Origin: Eledone cirrhosa
Lineage: Eukaryota
NCBI GenBank assembly: GCA_964016885.1
Contig: OZ024743.1
Location: 102,858,001 to 102,922,000, forward strand
Direction of reading: 5' to 3'
DNA length: 64,000 nt
Shown here: one piece after another, positions 1 through 13,940 of the stretch
How positions within the stretch are numbered: the stretch's first letter is position 1
How the letters are laid out: each line of letters begins with the position of its first letter
The notes under the pieces: generated by a model
Databases searched by the model: none
What the model saw: only the letters and a program-made list of their open reading frames with translations
Told to the model about the DNA's origin: nothing
Program-made: the position numbers and the translations under genes

Positions 1-211
<211 letters not shown>

Positions 212-947
212 TAATAAAAGATCGGAGGCCATATCACTAGATTCAGGTCTATTTAAAACTCCATTACACACATTTCCCTGATGACTATCAGTTATGATAG
301 CCTGAGCTCTTCAGACGACCTAATATAAACATTGAAAGTTACAAAGAAACCTTTAAAAATCCAAAATTACCCCGAAAAACATTTTCTTTTATATGTTGTT
401 TACTACTACTGTGACACATTCCCTCTCTCCGTCTATCTATAAATCTATCTATCTCTATTTCTTCCTTAATATCTACCAATCTATCTTTTTATTCTCCTTC
501 TCTCTCAGTTCTTAATACTGCCCTACCTACGAACTTACTTCCAAGCCTCCGTCTCATTCTTTTGTTATTCGACCGCTGACCTCTAACCTATTAACATTAG
601 TTCCAGGGCGATCACTCGAACTAACTTATATTAATTCAATTAATTTCTTTATTCCTATCACGGTTACCTACACACATCTGTGTATTACTTTTGATTGTAG
701 CAATTTTCCTGTCACATATAGGTATATAAATATTTCGTTTAGTTTCTTTTGTTTAGATTTTTGTCCAACATCGGTCGTGTCTTCATCCTGAATAGCTATC
801 TTTCTATCTTTAGATACTATTGATGCTCTGCTCATGAATAGCACCCGAAACAATAAGGAGTTCTAAAAGACAGTCGATCAGTGGGAATTGTCCATGTGCT
901 TCTCTCTTCCGAGTTTTCTGTTTCCTGTATATCTCCCACGTGTCATT

Positions 948-1016
<69 letters not shown>

Positions 1017-1179
1017 ATAATAATAAATTTTAAGACTAAAATCCAAAGAGGGCTCGATAAGGATAAATATATAACAAATATATAAGAACCGTAGAGCAAA
1101 TATTTATTAAAATAACAGATTAACGTTTAAGCAAAGAATCGCTGCTTTCACCCTTAACGGGATGTTCTGAAACTACTCT

Positions 1180-2698
1180 ATTCGGCTTATTAACCCTACG
1201 AAGACGATTTAGGTAGACTTAGTAAAAGGATTCTTGATAGAATTATACCTGAAATTAGAAGTTTGGCCCCTCTTGCACTGTGGAACAATTCTTTCGCGGT
1301 GATTCATTGGTTCAACGGCATATGCAACAAGGAACATTGCCGTTTTATCCAATTCGACATCAATAATTACTAATCCTCCATCACTTTACCACTTCTCCTT
1401 GGAGCTATCAATTTCGGTAAAACACTCACAGTGGTTAAAAATTTCGAAGTTGATGTCATTCCCGTAAGTCGGTGATTAATTTCGACGATTCTATTTGGAT
1501 TAAAAAATCTAATAGTACCCCATTCGACGTGAGTATGGGCGCCAGCGATTCTGCGGAGGTTACTAATCTTATCGGCCTTTTCCTTCTTTTCTCTATCAAG
1601 GAAGAATTCCCCAACGTGGGCGGTGGTTTGTACCGTGATGATGGTCTTTTGACCATGACTAAGTGCGGCCCACGTGCTTGCGACAGGTTCAGAAAAGAAC
1701 TCACAGCCTTCTTTAAAGGCTTCACCTTCTCCATACAGGTTGAGGCCAACCTCTCGGTCGTTAATTACCTCGACATTACCCTCAATTTATCGAATGGCTT
1801 GCATTACCCGTATAGAAAGCCGAATGATACGCTTAATTACATAAGTAAGCATTCTAACCATCCTGCCAGCATAACCAAGAACTTGGTAAGAAACGTTTCT
1901 TTGAGGCTTTCCCGTCTATCTACTAACGAGCATATTTTCAATGACCATTCCACATATTACAATGAAGCTCTTGCTTGGAGTGGATTTGTCGACAAGGTAG
2001 CATATACAGAGTACGAGAATAGACCTAGAAGAAATAGATCCCGACGCATTACATGGTATAACCCACCATATAATATGGAGGTGGCCACACCATGAGCTAA
2101 GATCTTTCTCTCCTTTATCATGAAGCATTTTCCCCTTACACATAAATATAGTAAAAATTTTAATATAAATACTATTAAAATTTCTTACTCTATGACTTCA
2201 AATTTAGCTAAACTACCTAGCCGTTGGAATACGTGCAACCCAGTAGTTAGTACTAACTGTAATTGTAGGAATCGGGTTGACTGTCCCCTATCCTGGAAAT
2301 GCCCCTCTAGTAACATTGTCTACAAATGTAAGGTTGAAACACCCACGTCTCGTAGGGCCTACATAGGGTTAACCGCCAATAGATTCAAGCAGCGTCTTTA
2401 CTTGCATACCCATTCTTTTCGTTACCCTTTAAGAAGGAATATGACGTCACTTTCAGCTTATATCTGGAGTCTAAAAGACAAACACACCCAATATAAGTTA
2501 CACTGGGAGATCCTAGCTAAAGCTAGATCGTATAACGGAAATAAAAGACCATGTGACCTCTGCGCCGCTGAGGCCCTGGAAATACTCTACGCCAAAGACC
2601 ACATCTTAAACAAAAAATCTGAGGCAATTTCGGCTTGTAAACATAAATTGCACAAAACTTCCCTGTATTACAGCCCCACATTATACCCTAACCGATAG
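1180..2698 (+). pseudogene. Disrupted Penelope-like RT/GIY-YIG ORF
   Basis: ORFs 1472-2095 and 2120-2698 are in the same frame, separated by a TGA at 2093-2095. Upstream RT motifs carry a TAA (1371-1373) and frameshifts. Confidence 0.88.
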
Positions 2699-3082
2699 TA
2701 CGAACTATACGCGAATATTTTACGTCTTGATGTGGTAGCTAAGTATATATTATGTTTATACCATTACTTATTTGTATAGGTAAGTATATATTACCTGTAT
2801 GTTTTGTGAAGGTACGTATACTTTCTCGTACGTATATTTGATTGTATATGTTATGGCGTATATATTATATATTCTGGTACATATGCTTTTGGTTATGTGT
2901 ATAGGTGAGTTTTGCGTCTGTGTGAGTATGCGGGTTCGTACGTATGTAGGGTGTGTGTATATGTGTACTTTGTGTTTTGGTTGACGTAGTCTCCGAACAT
3001 ATGTGTATTAACTTGTAGGTATGTGTGTGCGCGCGTTATATATGTATTTATTTATATACGTTTATTTAATTATATGTATAAA

Positions 3083-3113
<31 letters not shown>

Positions 3114-3384
3114 TTTTTATATATATTTTTATGTGTATTTGGTGTATACATTTGTATGCGGTCGGGTACAGGTGTTGCGTGGGTTCTGTATGTGCGTGCG
3201 GGTTTTGTTGTTGTTGTTTTTTTGTACGTGCGTGTATTTGTATACCTATGGCGAGTGTTTTCGCGTATGCTTGTGTATGTACGTATATGGATGCGTGTAT
3301 GTATTTATTTAATTTCAATTACCTTTGTATTTTATTTACTTTATTCTTAACTCTAAAGCCGAGAATTATTCGGTTTCCTAGTGA

Positions 3385-3660
3385 GAATTTTAGTCTACGA
3401 CTTCAGCTATACCATTTACGTGGGTTTGTCTTTGAGTGCAATTGTTCTCCCCGATCCACATATGACGTATTATCTTCGTGTTTCCGTTCATTGCCAGAGA
3501 ACGTCTCTATGAACCACCTAATAGAATATTAGTCTACGACTTCTTGTATACCATAAACGTGGTTTTGTCTTTGCGCGTAATCGTTTTTCACCGCTCCAAA
3601 TAATGACGTCATTATATTCGTTTTTTCCCGTTCTTTGCCAGGGAACGTTTCCAAGAACCA
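3385..3660. repeat. Two diverged ~135-bp tandem copies in the 3' region of the Penelope-like element
   Basis: gaattttagtctacgacttc...gaacca (3385-3516) versus gaatattagtctacgacttc...gaacca (3524-3660). Confidence 0.85.
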
Positions 3661-3805
3661 AAGTATCGTCTTCCTGTCTTCCTCCGGTTGCAACGTTTTT
3701 TGAAATATTTACTTCTGCGTTCACAGATTGACTTTGTTAGTTTCAGAAGATGCCGTTAAGGGTGAAAGCAGCGATTCTTTGCTTAAACTTTAATCTGTTA
3801 TTTTA

Positions 3806-3956
<151 letters not shown>

Positions 3957-4845
3957 CGTAAGTGCATGGTTGTAAGAATTTGATTTATATCCAGCTGTAA
4001 AAGCCATGCCTAAAAAGGGGTCGAGAGAACTCTTCAGTTGTGTCAAGGACACAATAACCTTTCTGGTGCTGCTAACACAATAAACGCTCCCAGTGTACTT
4101 TGTAAAATAGGTGGCTGAGAAAAAAGACATCCAAATATAGAAAACAAACAAAGGGTTGAGAAGACTCTTTAGTTGAGTTAAGAGCACAACTAACTTTTCT
4201 ATAGTTGGAACCATGATAAAATCCATCATGTAACAACTGTAGCGAGCGGGGTTGTATCTAAGCGAGATGCAACCCCAACCCGTTTGAAATGTCAATGATT
4301 CACCGCAGTACTGGCGTAGTCTGTGGTGAATTGTCTAACACCTGCTAGTATGGAAAACGGATCTTATATATAAACTTAAGAAAATTAACAAAGAGAGGGC
4401 AAGACAACAAATGGAAATAAAACAAAATGAAAAGCAAATTTCTAAGAGAAAAAAATGAAGTACACAAAACTACATGGTCGTCAACCATTGGGATGGTCTT
4501 TGGCAGTTTCGATCCCTACCAAGGGCAATGCTTGTCCATCCGGGGTCACAGCGTCTGACATAAGCCAAACGCTGTCTAGTGAAGTAAGGGACGAGAGACA
4601 AAACATTAGTTTATAGCAATTAAGCTACAAGTACATAGGCTTTTGTACGACGTCAGGGAAAAGTGAGGTGCCTCTTATAGCACGAGCGATATGACTGAGA
4701 CAAAGAAAAAAAGGAAGAAAAAAAGCAAGAAAGTAGGTTATCGTGTTAAAAAAAATGTAAACCATTGCAATAAATGGGGGGGGGGGGCGTAGATATACAT
4801 ATTCATCAAATTAGTAGATAAACTTAAGAAAATTAACAAAGGGAT

Positions 4846-4885
<40 letters not shown>

Positions 4886-5280
4886 TAAGAAGAAACAGGG
4901 GCTGTGTAGTTACTGGATAAGGTGTATATTATAAATAAGAGGAAAGCACGAACGGGAGAAAAGTTTCTTTCATCAGTTGTCTGCTGGGGATCATAGATAT
5001 GTTTACGCATTAAAGTCAAGATATCTAACCCCAGTGCGTCAATAACTAAAGGAAGTTATTGGGTAAAAAAGGAGAGAGAGAGAAAAAATATATATAACAG
5101 AAGGGAAAAGGATAGAAAAAAGGGAGAAAAAAAACACCGAAAAAAACGGAAAACAACAAACCGAAAGGGGAAACCCGAAGCATATGTATGTGAGCAACTC
5201 GAAGAGGGAGTAAAAGTTAAAGTCGACATCAACTACTGAACATAAGTCCGATATATACATATATATATATATATATACAA

Positions 5281-5480
5281 TAATAATAATTGTTTCTACT
5301 TTAGGCACAAGGCCAGTAATTAGAAGGGGAGGGGAAGTCGATTAAATCGACCCCAGTGCATTTATTTATCGACCCTGTAAGGATGAAAAGCAAAGATAAC
5401 CTCGGCGAGATTTGAACTCTGAACATAAAGAACCGTAACTGTATGCCGTGAAGTATGTTGTCCAACGATCAACCGAGGTT
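5281..5480 (-). mobile_element. tRNA-derived SINE (octopus OK-like, Meta-domain family), older copy
   Basis: The reverse strand carries GAGTTCAAATC (B box), CTTTTCATCCTTACAGGGTCGATAAAT and the CCTTGTGCCTAAAGTAGAAACA(ATT)n tail shared with other copies. Confidence 0.85.
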
Positions 5481-6446
5481 CTACTCATTTTAGGTTAATG
5501 CTATGATATTGGAATCAAGCAGAGCCGATGTATAATTGTAATGTAGTGACTAACCAATTTTAAAAGTTTACACATTTTTTTACATATTTACTAATTAATT
5601 ATTAAATTACTTAATATTATCCCAATATAAATTAATACTATACTTTCTAATAATAAAACCGCTATAATCCTTTGAATTACCTCCCTTACCCAGATAGATC
5701 GCCTAACCGTAAATTTAAAATATACAGTTTATATTATAATATTTTTATATTATAATATTTCCTTAATTCTTTATTAAGTATTATTGATCATTTAATAATT
5801 ATTATAGACTACATATAATCTCTTTAACATTATAAACATTAATGTAAATAATTTTTATTTGTTTATTCACCTTTTATACGTATATGTTTACTTATATAAT
5901 AATTCTACAGTAACTCTCCTTGAATTCCGATTATATGGATGGAGCTTCTGCCTAGAATGAATATTGCATGGACTAAATTGTATATCTTTAAATTCATATT
6001 TGAAAATTATTTCACTTTAACCTTTAGTCATTGTAACAATTAGAGATATTTGACAATATATTCTGTAAACTTGCTATAAAGTTGGCTCCTTAACTCATTT
6101 CATATTACCCATTATCCTTTTTCTGAAATCGTTGAGTGATTTGTCATGATATTTTCTTAATTGTTCCTGAATTTAATAATCTCTGGTGAATCCTATGGTT
6201 TGTACTGACTAACAGCAGATCGTTAAATAGAATAATTTGCTGTTAAATGTGCATTCTTATAGGAAAAAACAATTGTCAGCAATTAAATGTCTTAAGCTTT
6301 ACAATCATATATATATATACTGGGGTGTTATATCCGTAGAAGTAGAGCACTCAGTCCATGGGACAAGTTGAACATCCGCAAGGTGAAACGCATGTCATCA
6401 AAAATGGTTTGCTTACTGTTGTGAAACTAATCTCTCTCTCTCTCTG

Positions 6447-6479
<33 letters not shown>

Positions 6480-6593
6480 TTCGGGTTCAATTGAGTGTAA
6501 CCATAGTAGGTAAGGTACTCAATACATAGAGTAAAAAATGTGAATATAGAAATGGCTTCTACATGACTAGAACTGTTTCATTCGAAAGAAATG

Positions 6594-6660
<67 letters not shown>

Positions 6661-6663
<3 letters not shown>

Positions 6664-8446
6664 TATGTAAGTCCAAAGAATCATTAGATAAAATATATAC
6701 ACTATTTGCTCTCCCAATCAGTATAAATTAACCACACAAAAAATCATTTAAAGAAATAATAGACAAATTGTACAGATTCTTTTCCACGATGTACAGCCAT
6801 ATGACATTTACCTAGTATTTCTCCTAGCCTGTAGAAATTGATTAGATAAATAGTTAACTACGCGGAATTACGTACAAAATTGAAGCTAGAAGAAAGAATG
6901 CACATAAATATTATCAAAATTCTCATCGTCTCTACCAACCGGTGGTTTCGTTCCACTTTTTGGATATATCCGGTCTTGGATAAATCCACGAGGCTCGGAA
7001 CTCATCAGGAGATACCCCAGACTGGACTAAGATTCTTCTACCATGATCCCCGCCAGAAATGAATTCAAAATGGCTAAGAACCATCACGTGGCCAGTGGTC
7101 AAGGCAGAAAGTTTGTGATTGGTACCTGTCGGCGAGTAGGCTGATTGCTAGAAAGCGCAGCCGAATACTGCCTAAAGTTTTACTCAGCCTTACGGGAGTA
7201 TATATTAAATTCAAAGGGTATATATATATAAATTAGACAAAGTCACAGATACATATATGCGTTTGGCAACCATTCACGGTGTGGCTCAATGAAGAATTAA
7301 TTAAATAAGTATTATATATATATGCCCTGTAGCATACGTAGTATTTTATAGCATAGATGATTTCGATTTCTTTGTTTTGGCTGTCTTGACCCCTGTGAAC
7401 TTAATTGGTATATGGGCGTGAGCATGGATTTAGCTTCGTTTCGTTTCGCTGGCTGGACCGATTGAACTGATCGGGGTTCTTTGGCTTTGTGACAATTGGT
7501 ATACATGCTAACCTGTTGACAGGCAACGTTTATTGGAAGAGGATATTATACATGAGTTGGTACGATCAATGACTCGTTCAGTTCGGATAATGTCGCTAAT
7601 CAGTTTATTTTTTATTTTGAATATGTAGATATATCGTAGTTTTACTGCTATATGTATAAATGAAATATTTATTCATGCGGATTAATTTCATTTATTTAGA
7701 TAGCATTTTATTTCACTTCCATGTTAATATGACTCAATGCCTTTATCTGGTGTCGTAAAGATTATAACAGATTTCAGATACAACCTTCTTTCAATTTTTC
7801 ACATTTTCTGGGTCGGTTTTATTCTGAACTCATGTTTATAGTGAATTATACTAAGGTCTAATGGTCTTTCATTTGGTCGTATATCAGTTAGTCCCATTAC
7901 TGCACACCGTTGATTTCTTTGGGTTTACTGAAGCTTCTGATTTATCTAGATACTTTATTGGTGGTTTGTACAGACCTGTCAACTCTCCCTGTCGGACGGG
8001 GAGATATCCCACCCACTTTGGGATAGGTGAGAGATGTTTGAGACTTGTGAAAATTTGTATAGCTTTCATTATGTAATATCTCCCCGTTTTGCCTCATTTC
8101 CTCGTTTTTTTTTTCATGGTACTCGCCGTTTGGGTTTTTAGAGGTTGGCAAATCTGTTTATAGGATTGGAAATTTCAAGAGTCACACTATATGGGGTAGA
8201 GCGTGGCCAAATACGCAACGAGGAGGCCGAAGTCATTGCAAATAATAGATATTGTTATTATATAGAAACTACGTAGTATGACAGCGGCAGTTTCATAACA
8301 TGTTTTTCACATACCAGTGATTCGTGTGGGTCGTTGCTTGGTTTAATGGGAGATGGGAATATAAGTGGATAGGCGTAACTTAAATTTCTGGTTTGGGTTC
8401 GAGGTTAGTTTTGATTTTTTGAATATATTTAAATTCAGGTTTTAGT

Positions 8447-8450
<4 letters not shown>
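6661..8450 (-). mobile_element. Highly decayed Penelope-like remnant between (TA)n tracts, carrying a hammerhead ribozyme
   Basis: Bounded by (TA)n at ~6598-6660 and ~8450-8492. The minus strand encodes VIIFTTPDKG (~7739-7768), resembling the PLE 'IIKPADKG' motif. The hammerhead lies in the downstream terminal part. Confidence 0.45.
6929..7012 (-). ncRNA. Type I hammerhead ribozyme with complete catalytic core
   Basis: Minus strand: TCTC-CTGATGA-GTTCC-[42 nt]-GGAAC-GAAA-CCA-CCGGT-TGG-TA-GAGA. Stem I is TCTC/GAGA, stem II GTTCC/GGAAC (G10.1-C11.1) and stem III ACCA/TGGT, with a GUA cleavage triplet. Confidence 0.85.
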
Positions 8451-8496
<46 letters not shown>

Positions 8497-8974
8497 TATA
8501 TATCAATGCACATGATTATATAATATTTGTTACAATCTATACCCGAATATTGATTTATATATGTGCAAATGTGCATTTGCTTTGAAAGAATTACATGAAA
8601 TATTCATAAAGTTTGGATGCAACAGACTATTTTTCATACAATAACATATTCTGCAGTAGCATGTTAATTTCTCATATAGAAACACCTGAAATATTTCACA
8701 TCTTCATCTAGACAGATTAACAGGTGCAGTTGTCTTTAACTACTGTTGCCCTGGAGGTTATATGATGAATAATGAATAACCACTCCTTTATTACTCAGGA
8801 GAAATACAAATATATGGTTGCCAGTTCAGTTATATATCAATTCTACTCAAATTGTTGATTGTATTTCTTTATTTGTTGCGTCTTTTCTCTTTTACCCTCG
8901 ACAACAAATGTATTTTATTTGATATTGAAATTAAAAGAAAAAATTATCACTTACACACACAGATACACAAGCGC

Positions 8975-9190
<216 letters not shown>

Positions 9191-11823
9191 GGCAAGAAGA
9201 TTAATAAAATTTATCTTAGTTTTAGTGTTTTTTGCAAACATATTGGTGTGTTTTATACTATCCCTGGCACTGGGCCATCTTAATAGCTTAGACACTAAAT
9301 TGTTTCTGATCTAGACTTCTTGACTAGAAATATTTATCACAGAAACCATAAAGTAAGAACATCTGACTTGTGAAAGTAACAAAGAGCATAAAAATTCCTT
9401 TTCCTTTTTTTTGTGCAAAATTCAAATTATCCCATGGTTATAGCTTGTAGAGTGATAAATAGATCATGCCAGGTTAACTTGCTCAGGATACTCTGTAGTA
9501 TTCATGAAGTATTCAGTTGCTGCTTGTCCTAGGTTGATTATCATCATCATCATCACCATCATCATTTAACTTCCATTTTATTTCAAGCAAGAGTTAACTG
9601 AGTTATCACAGACCAAATCAGAACTTAGGCAGGGCTATGGACATCACAGATGAGCTAAATGAGGTGGGGTGTTAACTGAATCTCACATATGTTCTTGTAC
9701 TGAGTGTACTCAGTGTATTTCATCTTGGCACAAGCTTTAGCAAGGTTGTCATGTTTTTGAGAAAACAACAATAACATTTAGAGAAATAAATGTTGTTAGA
9801 ATGTCTTTGGAAATAATCACAGGACAGATTTTTCAGACAAAACCAGCCAGCAAACGACCCATGGGGTAGAACGCAAGCTAGTTTGTTGGATAATATTTAT
9901 AACCACTGTTGATCTTGCTTGGGGATTCAGCTGGATCATTTGGGAAAGATTGATTCTAATAGGACCCTTGGCCCCACAATCCTGTGAAGATGGTGATGAT
10001 GGTATGGATGGATGCATGGATGAATGAATGAAATAACAAATTTATCCAGTTCCAAACTCTTAATAAATTAATCTTTCTTCAATAATCTCTCTCTCTATTA
10101 ATTTTAGATTTTCTTCTCCAAAGTAGTCAACTGCATCTGACAGAGTAACAATGGACTTAATTATTTAATGCACATCCGGTTTAGAATAGATGCACCATAT
10201 CTCTGAAGTGACTAAAGGTTAGTGTCAGGAAGGGCACTGTCTAACCCATGCCAGCATGGAAAAGTTGATATAAAAACACAATGAGGATGACGATGACACT
10301 GATACAGAACATGCTCTATATGATTGGTCAGTTGACATTGGCTTGTTCTATCAGACTAATCACAAACATCCACTTATCATTGACTGCCTGCTTTATTTTT
10401 ATTGATCAAATTATCATTTTGGGTTAAAAGAGGATTTGGGACCCACAAGCATCCCTTTTTCCCAAGGAGAACTATAAACATACAGTATCATATAGATGGG
10501 CCTTGGTGTAATCGCCCATGGTCTCTGACCCTCAGCAATGAGGATGGGAAGAGGCAAGACCTGACCAAATTACAATGTTTTAGTGCTCCTATGTTATTCT
10601 GTGATTTACAATTTTAAATCATAGTGAAAGTGGATTAACATCAGGGATTTGAATTACTCAGTAAGTTCACCACATTGTCCATGAATAAATCTGACAAAAA
10701 GAGTACTCTTCAGTTTGTTTTTAAAGTCCTATTTGCTACATTTAGTGTTCAACCTTGAGTGAGCTCTGATCAAGAAGACCTATAATCAAATCTTTCCAAG
10801 ATGTGAACCTTCTGTTATTTTTGTTGTTTTTTTAAAACACTGTATTTAGGACTATATTATCCAGTATATTATCCATTTTAAAATACATTGCAGTGTAATT
10901 TCTAGCTGATTTTACTGCTATTTCCAGCATTTTGAAGAGCTACATAGAGGTATCTTGTTTACTTATACCTTACTTACATATTATGATAGAAAGAATGGTA
11001 CTTATTTAATGAACTATGGAAAAATATAATCATTCATGATCATTTTAACTCAGAACATAGCAATCTGAAATGATATACAATAACTCCAGTACTCATTCAA
11101 CTTTGAAAATCATACTATTCTTAAATGTTAAATACATACTAAAATATATAAGTGGGAAATTTTATTTATATAGATTACATTTCAAATACATACTAGAATA
11201 TATAAGTGTTAAATTTGATTTATATAGAAAATATTCCATCCCAAATACACTGTCCTGCTCATTGCTTTCAAAGAGGAGTTGGCCACCCACAGGAGTGAGT
11301 CCTGGAAATTGGAATAGCTATTTCAAACACTGTCTAACTTCTATCTGCTGGGCTCATGTGGCAGCTTGCACCTGGAACTCTGCAGACTGGAAAGCATTAG
11401 CCAACATTATTTGGGTTCATAGCATTGGGAAGGTGATGGTATATATCTATAGTTTTACTTGTTTATTGATTAGTTAAACAGGCAAAGAATTCATCCATTG
11501 CATATAATCATTATGACTTTTGTTCACTATTTATACAACATATGTATATACATGTCATGTAGACTTTGAGTTGATTAATGTCTTATGCATATGGTCATAA
11601 TTCTTTACTAAAAGAAATCTATGTTCTAAAAGATTAGTTTATTTTGCTCACATGGATATTTATTATCTTTTGTATTTATCACTTTTGCTGCTTAACATCT
11701 ATTTTTTTCCCTTTCTTTTGTTTCCTTTTGTAATTTCAAGCCCAACTTTTCTTTTGTTAAACATTTTTATTTCAGCAACAATATTTTCTATTACTAGCCT
11801 GTCTAATATGTTTTGTTTTCCAG

Positions 11824-12168
11824 CTAAAATTTACCAAAAAGTTAAAAACATAACATCAAATTGATTAAATCAGATCATCATTTATTGTGTCACAATCTTA
11901 CTTATGTAGCATGACAAAATTAGACAAATATATCATGTAAAATGAAATGTATTTGTAATTCAGGCTGAAGTAATTCATTTCCAGAATGACAAAATGCTTT
12001 ATTGCATAGGATCATTTCAAGAAATTTCAGGAAACAGTTCATTCTATTAGAAGATTAATGAGGAACATTTGTCTGCTTAGCAGTTTAGATTTCAACTTGA
12101 ATGATTTGGCTGGAAATGAGATAAATTATAAAAAGTAAATGGAGATTTAAAGCAAATTCTGAATTATT
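11824..12168 (+). other. Possible non-coding (5' UTR) exon of the host gene
   Basis: Preceded by a long pyrimidine-rich tract and ctaat...ttttgttttccAG, followed by GTATGT. There is no open frame into the next exon. Splice signals are the only support. Confidence 0.22.
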
Positions 12169-13146
12169 GTATGTTCAAATGCAATCATTCATATCAGTAT
12201 TTATGACTACATCTTTATATATATTCATGTGATGAACTGCCTGCGAAAATTGCATGAGTTTCCAGTTAGTTGATAAACTGAACAACATACTCATTGAATT
12301 AGTCAGCAAAGTGATTGATTATTACACATCAAGAGTATCCATTATGTCTTTTCAAGTTGAATCAGTGCAAGAGTATGTGACAAGGTTGCATCTGTGAATT
12401 ACAGATACAATCTAGCCAACAGATTTCTGTACATTTTCTATCTACCCAATTTTACTCACAAGGCTTGGGCCAAATTGAGGCAATTGCAAAAGACACTTGA
12501 TCATGAAAGCAAACTCAACAATGCATGATACACCCATGTTCACACCTATTCATGTATAAATATGTAGGCAGCGGCAGCATTTAACATCCATTTTCCATGC
12601 TTGTATGGGTTAGATGGGCTGTCAAGTTCTGAGATTAGACTAGTCAATTGATCATGTCTTTCTCATTTGTTTCCATTTTTGATGGATCTCTTCCTAATAC
12701 ACTTTACTGCATGTACTGAAAACACTCTCATGTGACACTAACGCTAGCACCTAACAGGGTAGATTGGAAGCTTTTTTTCATGGCAGCAGCACTACCATCT
12801 TAAAGTGTGGAGTTGGTGTTTTTTATCATGGCACCAACATGACCACTTTACTGAGTGGATTAGATGTGTTTTAATTGGGCACAAATATGACTAGCACCAA
12901 TTAAATATAGTTAATAAAATGAGCTGCAATAATCATTGCAGGATATGAATTATATGCATATGGTGTGTTAACTTGAGTCTAAACAATATCAAATCTAAGC
13001 CTGTTAACATTCTCTGTTGAATGTGTGTAAAGATAATGAAAGAATGGTTAGGCCTTCAAATAAATGCTTTGAAAACAATTATTACTTATTTTCATTCTAT
13101 TAAAATGAATTTAATTTAAACTCTGAATTAGGTGATTTTAAAAAAA

Positions 13147-13361
13147 TTAACCCTTTAGTATTTTCATTACTCTATATATACTATTGTATTTCCTCAGTAA
13201 AGGCTTTATCTCACATAAATATCTCACATAATTTCGAATTGATATTTATTTTGAGAACAGTACCGTAACATCACTATGAGTGGCCAGTTATGGCCAGTTT
13301 GAACAGAAAGAAGTGAGAGAATTCTAGCTAGATACAACCAGTTTAAATGCTAAACTGTTAA
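13147..13361 (+). mobile_element. TTAA-flanked piggyBac-type MITE
   Basis: TTAA-CCCTTTAG...AATGCTAAACTG-TTAA. The body is homologous to 13565-13761 (inverted) and 19361-19588. Confidence 0.75.
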
Positions 13362-13564
13362 AAGACTCTGACAATTATTACTAGGAATAGTCGGCCAAGC
13401 TAATTATTGATGATTGTATAAATAATTTTAATTGGTGCTAATGAAATAAAAATAAGCTTTCCAGTAATTATCAAGATTTGTTTGTGATATGGCTGTTGTC
13501 AACAAATATTCTATATATTTGTGTTATGAGTATCACATATCAATCAGTGGATTGTCAGAGTCTT

Positions 13565-13761
13565 TTAAACCTTTAGCATTTAAACTGGCCCTCTTTCTCT
13601 CACCTCTTTCTTCTCAAACTAGCTGTAACTGTATTGTTCTCAGAATAAATAGTATCAAAATCTCATAGATTCGATATTATGTGAGATAATCATATGAAGT
13701 AAAGCTTTTACCATGAAAATATAATATTATATATAGAGTAATGTAAATGCTAAAGGGTTAA
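13565..13761 (-). mobile_element. TTAA-flanked piggyBac-type MITE, inverted relative to 13147-13361
   Basis: TTAA-ACCTTTAGCATT...AATGCTAAAGGG-TTAA terminal inverted repeats. Confidence 0.75.
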
Positions 13762-13940
13762 GCATCAGAAAAATGCTTAGCAATATTTATTCTAACTCTA
13801 TATGTTTTAAATTCAAATCCTACTGAAATCAATTTCCATGAGGTTGATAAAATAAAATCCCAGTCAAATAATGGTGGCAATATAATTGTCTTTACATTCC
13901 CTCCAAAATTGCTGCCCTTATTCCTAAATTAGAAACCCTT
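13762..13940 (+). mobile_element. Old Meta-domain SINE copy
   Basis: aaatgcttagc...ttcaaatcc...gttgataaaataaa...ccaaaattgctgcccttattcctaaattagaaacc matches the other copies in the window. Confidence 0.65.

Noticed and set aside
825-862. Hammerhead-like ctcatga...cccgaaacaataag
   Set aside because: The core is mutated and stem II cannot pair.
2093-2095. In-frame TGA between the RT and GIY-YIG ORFs as selenocysteine readthrough (some Naiads are reported to encode selenoproteins)
   Set aside because: The TGA aligns to a hydrophobic position (one change from TTA), not a conserved Cys. The CxCx5C cysteines are all TGT, and the element also has a TAA and frameshifts, so simple decay is more likely.
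4500-4550. Hammerhead-like minus-strand CGGATGG...GATCGAAAC
   Set aside because: Two core substitutions and no convincing stems I or III.
12010-12138. Short open frame DHFKKFQETVHSIRRLMRNICLL... as a coding exon
   Set aside because: The available donors do not give the phase 0 needed to join exon 20435, and there is no recognisable homology.
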